From: an uncultured Bacteroidales bacterium
Lineage (GTDB): Bacteria > Bacteroidota > Bacteroidia > Bacteroidales > P3
Direction of reading: 5' to 3'
Assembly: GCA_947306225.1 (NCBI GenBank)
Contig: CAMZFW010000001.1
Coordinates: 1-57,673, forward strand
DNA length: 57,673 bases
The notes beneath the pieces were generated by a model. The model was given only the letters and a program-made list of their open reading frames with translations, did no database searches and was not told the origin of the DNA. Within the stretch, counting starts at the first letter, position 1. Each line of letters opens with the position of its first letter. The position numbers were made by a program, and so were the translations under genes. Shown here piece after piece: positions 54,749 through 57,673 of this stretch.

Positions 54749-56269
54749 TTAGCCTCGGCGCCAATAGGCGGGCGAGAGGATGGCGATGAGTGCGAACAGC
54801 TCCAGACGGCCGGCAAGCATCAGCAGGGTGAGCGTCCACTTGGCGAGGGCGGGCAGGAGGGCGTAGTCGAGGCTGCCACCGAGATTATTGATCAGGGGTG
54901 AGGGGCCGAGGTTGCTGATGTTGGCGGCGGCCATGCAGATGGCATCGGGTATGGAGCATCCGCAGAGTGTCAAGACGAATGCACCGCCCACGATGAAGGC
55001 TATATAGAGGAACACAAAGGCGAATATCTTGTTGATATAGTCGCTGTCAATAGGCTCGCCATTCACTTTGACGCGGAAGACGGCATTGGGATGCATCATG
55101 CGGGTGAAGTAGTTGCTTACATATTTCATCAATATGATGATGCGCTTCAGCTTGATGCCGCCGCCTGTGGAGCCTGCCGAGGCTCCCATGATGATGAGCA
55201 CAAAGGTCATCACGCTCACCAGGAACGACCAGTTGTCGGGCTTGGGGATATAGAAGCCGCAGGTGGACATGGTGGAGGCGATGTGGAAGAGGCTGTAGTG
55301 TATGGCATGGAACCAGTCGTCGCCGACGGTGTGGAAGCAGAGGGCGCTGACGAAGGCGGAGAGGAAGAAGATGATGAGATAGGTGTGCAGCTCTTCATCT
55401 TGCCCTATGTGTCGCCAGCGCAGGGTGAAAAAGCGGTAGAGGATGGCGACGTTGATGCCGCTGAGGAACATGAATAGCGTTACCACTGCCAGCCCACCAC
55501 CGCTGAGGATGGAAACGCCGTCGCTGTGGGTGACGAAGCCGCCAGTGGAGACGGTGCTGAACGCCAGACAGAGGGCATCGGCCAGCGGAGTGCGGCAGAG
55601 CAGCAGCGCAACAATCATGACCAAGGTGATGAGGAGGTATATGGCCCACATGCGGCTGACACTGCGAGACAGGCGAGGATGCAGCTTGCGCTGCAGGGTG
55701 CCGGAGAACTCGGCTTCGTAAAGCCGTCCCGCACCGTTGGTGAGCTTGCGGAGCATTGCCACGACGAAGAGCAACAGCCCCAGGCCGCCTACCCATTGGG
55801 TGAGGGCACGGTAGACCAGCAGTCCCTCGGGTAGCTCTTCGGGATGTGTCACGACCGACGAGCCGGTGGTGGTGAAGCCGCTAAAGGATTCGAAGACGGC
55901 ATCGGTGAACGATGCCAGTCCGCCAGTGAAGAGGTAGGGCAATGTGCCGCAGAAAGGGATGGCAAGCCAGACGGTAAGGGTTATCCAGTAGCTTTCGTTC
56001 TCCTTCAGCTCGTATTCTGCCCTCCGACCTGCGAAGTTGCGCAGGAACAGCCCCAGCATGAGCACGATGACGGCAGAGAAGGCCAGGGCAAACTGAGCGC
56101 CGTCGTGAGTGTAGAGCGACACGGCCAGCGGCAGCGTCATACTCATTGCCATGTAGATAAGCATCATGCCGATGAGCCGTGCCATCAGTCGGAAATTGAA
56201 CCGACGGAGGCCCAACTGCTGATAGGGGTTGAGCTCGTTGAAGTGTAGCCTATGGTATCGTGCGGACAA
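54749..56269 (-). CDS. trkH: TrkH-family potassium uptake permease (paralogue 1)
   Basis: 506 aa with FESFSGFTTTGSSVV and a polytopic profile. Confidence 0.9.
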   Translation of the reverse strand: MSARYHRLHFNELNPYQQLGLRRFNFRLMARLIGMMLIYMAMSMTLPLAVSLYTHDGAQFALAFSAVIVLMLGLFLRNFAGRRAEYELKENESYWITLTVWLAIPFCGTLPYLFTGGLASFTDAVFESFSGFTTTGSSVVTHPEELPEGLLVYRALTQWVGGLGLLLFVVAMLRKLTNGAGRLYEAEFSGTLQRKLHPRLSRSVSRMWAIYLLITLVMIVALLLCRTPLADALCLAFSTVSTGGFVTHSDGVSILSGGGLAVVTLFMFLSGINVAILYRFFTLRWRHIGQDEELHTYLIIFFLSAFVSALCFHTVGDDWFHAIHYSLFHIASTMSTCGFYIPKPDNWSFLVSVMTFVLIIMGASAGSTGGGIKLKRIIILMKYVSNYFTRMMHPNAVFRVKVNGEPIDSDYINKIFAFVFLYIAFIVGGAFVLTLCGCSIPDAICMAAANISNLGPSPLINNLGGSLDYALLPALAKWTLTLLMLAGRLELFALIAILSPAYWRRG

Positions 56270-56315
56270 GGGGCAAAAGGTATGGCGGAGTGGATGTTGG
56301 ATTTTGACTCTGGGC

Positions 56316-57656
56316 TTATTCGAACAACCGGGCTACCTGTTCCATCACGATGGGCAGGGCAAAGACAACCACCTTGTCCTTGGCCTTAATCTGGGTGTCG
56401 CGGGTGGGGAGGATGGTCTCGTTGCCGCGTATGATGCCGCCGATGGTGGCACCTTGCGGCAGATTGAGGTCGCGGATGGTATGGCGGGTGGCAGGAGCCC
56501 ATTTGCCAACGTTGAATTCGATGAGTTCGGCGTTGGTGCCGCTGAGCCACTTGCTACGCACCGCGTCGCCCTTGACGATGAAGCGTGAGATATAGCTGGC
56601 GGTGATGAGCTTCTTGTTGATGATGGTGTCGATGCCGATATCCTGCGAGATGCTGATGAAGCCGGTGTTCTCTACTAGGGCGATGGTGCGCTTGACACCT
56701 AGTTTCTTGGCGTGAAGGCAGGTGAGTACGTTGGTTTCCGACGAATCGGTGACGGCGATAAAGGCATCGGTGGTTTGCAGGCCCTCTTCCTTCAGCAGCT
56801 CGATGTCGGTGGCATCGCCATTGATGATGAGGGTGTTGTTCAACAGGTTGGCGGCTTCTTCGCAGCGGCGGCGCGACTCCTCGAAGAGGGTGATACGGAT
56901 GCGTTCCTCGAGTGTCAGGGCCGCATAGCGTCCTACACGTCCAGCGCCGACAATCATTGCCTTGTTGATAGAGATGTCCTGCTTGCCCGACACCTGCTTG
57001 ATGGTTTCCAACTGGTTGGGGCGGCTGATGAGGTAGGCAAGGTCGCCCTGTTGGAAGACGGTGTCGGCGTGGGGTATGATGGTCATGCCGTTGCGCAGGA
57101 TGGCGACGATGCGCACTTGTAGGGTCGTGTAGGTCTGCACCAATTCCTGCACACTGTGGTTGATGACGGGTGAGTCGGCTTCGAGGTGTATCACGTACAT
57201 GGTGAGCAGGCCACCGGAGAAGTCGAAGAACTCAGTGGCTACCGAGTTGTTGAGCAGGTTGGTTATCTCCTTGGCAGCGATACGCTCGGGGCAGACCATC
57301 TCGTCGACACCCAGGTCGCGGAACATGTCGCGATGTTTGGGGAGCAAAAGTTCTGCATTGGTGATGCGTGCCACGGTCTTTTTTGCCTTCAGTTTCTTGG
57401 CAAGAACGCAGCTGATGAGGTTGATGCTCTCGTCGTGCAACACGGCGAGAAAGAGGTCGCAGTCGGCCACATTGGCTTCTGCCAGCACCTGTGGCGAGGT
57501 GGACGAGCCTGCAATGGTAAGCAGGTCGGTCTCCTTCTCCAAACGTTTGAGTAGTTCGGAGTTGGGGTCTACCACGGTGATGTTGTGGTTCAACTCAGTC
57601 AGCGATTTGGCAAGGTAGAATCCTACCTCTCCGTCGCCCGCAATGATGATGTTCAT
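56316..57656 (-). CDS. trkA: Trk system NAD-binding regulatory subunit TrkA
   Basis: 446 aa. Two RCK/KTN halves each begin with a GxGxxG fold (MNIIIAGDGEVG; AMIVGAGRVG). Confidence 0.95.
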   Translation of the reverse strand: MNIIIAGDGEVGFYLAKSLTELNHNITVVDPNSELLKRLEKETDLLTIAGSSTSPQVLAEANVADCDLFLAVLHDESINLISCVLAKKLKAKKTVARITNAELLLPKHRDMFRDLGVDEMVCPERIAAKEITNLLNNSVATEFFDFSGGLLTMYVIHLEADSPVINHSVQELVQTYTTLQVRIVAILRNGMTIIPHADTVFQQGDLAYLISRPNQLETIKQVSGKQDISINKAMIVGAGRVGRYAALTLEERIRITLFEESRRRCEEAANLLNNTLIINGDATDIELLKEEGLQTTDAFIAVTDSSETNVLTCLHAKKLGVKRTIALVENTGFISISQDIGIDTIINKKLITASYISRFIVKGDAVRSKWLSGTNAELIEFNVGKWAPATRHTIRDLNLPQGATIGGIIRGNETILPTRDTQIKAKDKVVVFALPIVMEQVARLFE

Positions 57657-57673
57657 ACTACGAAAAGTTCATT

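Noticed and set aside
54686-54901. A 71-aa plus-strand ORF (MRGLGELGVLGLMGFMGGMGLL...)
   Set aside because: It is a translation of the G-tract spacer and of the antisense strand of the trkH-1 3' end. Its Gly/Leu/Met repeats simply reflect the GGG runs.

Overview
The window reads as a Bacteroidales, probably Prevotellaceae-like, chromosomal segment. The grounds are Bacteroidetes-type TAnnTTTG '-7' promoter boxes upstream of many genes, no Shine-Dalgarno signal, T9SS type A and type B C-terminal sorting domains, DUF4294, and Bacteroidales-like MutA and LysS sequences. About 38 protein genes are mostly housekeeping: mutA (partial), AddA-like helicase-nuclease, tilS, rlmB-like, hutI, ruvB, ABC-F, tonB, lysS, ung, holA, acyl-CoA ligase, rlmH, ftsE, and trkA with two tandem trkH. 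There is one tRNA-Gln(UUG). One 11,982-nt gene (9055..21036, minus strand) for a 3,993-aa T9SS-secreted surface protein fills a fifth of the window. I found no transposase, integrase, CRISPR array, toxin-antitoxin pair or recognisable defence operon.

The structures least explained by ordinary annotation are:
1. Two inverted copies (30407..30603 and 53050..53205) of a composite non-coding element. Each has an exactly 10-bp-period TACCGCATYY array, a G/C4 run, an 11-12 bp hairpin and 11-bp ACGGCAAACGA-type iterons. I cannot assign it to a known family.
2. A 1.2-kb gene-free region (30215..31429) with a duplicated terminator+promoter module and two candidate ~230-270 nt sRNAs. Their terminator hairpins show compensatory base changes.
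3. Two tandem sub-60-aa ORFs, absent from the ORF track, leading into a fimbrillin-like/lectin-like lipoprotein gene that has a paralogue next to the sRNA region.
4. Tandem trkH paralogues separated by a 7-run G-tract, with homology continuing upstream of the only ATG of the second copy.

Everything rests on reading the sequence and on remembered family signatures; no searches were run. Most long ORFs in the track that lie antisense to these genes are judged spurious.
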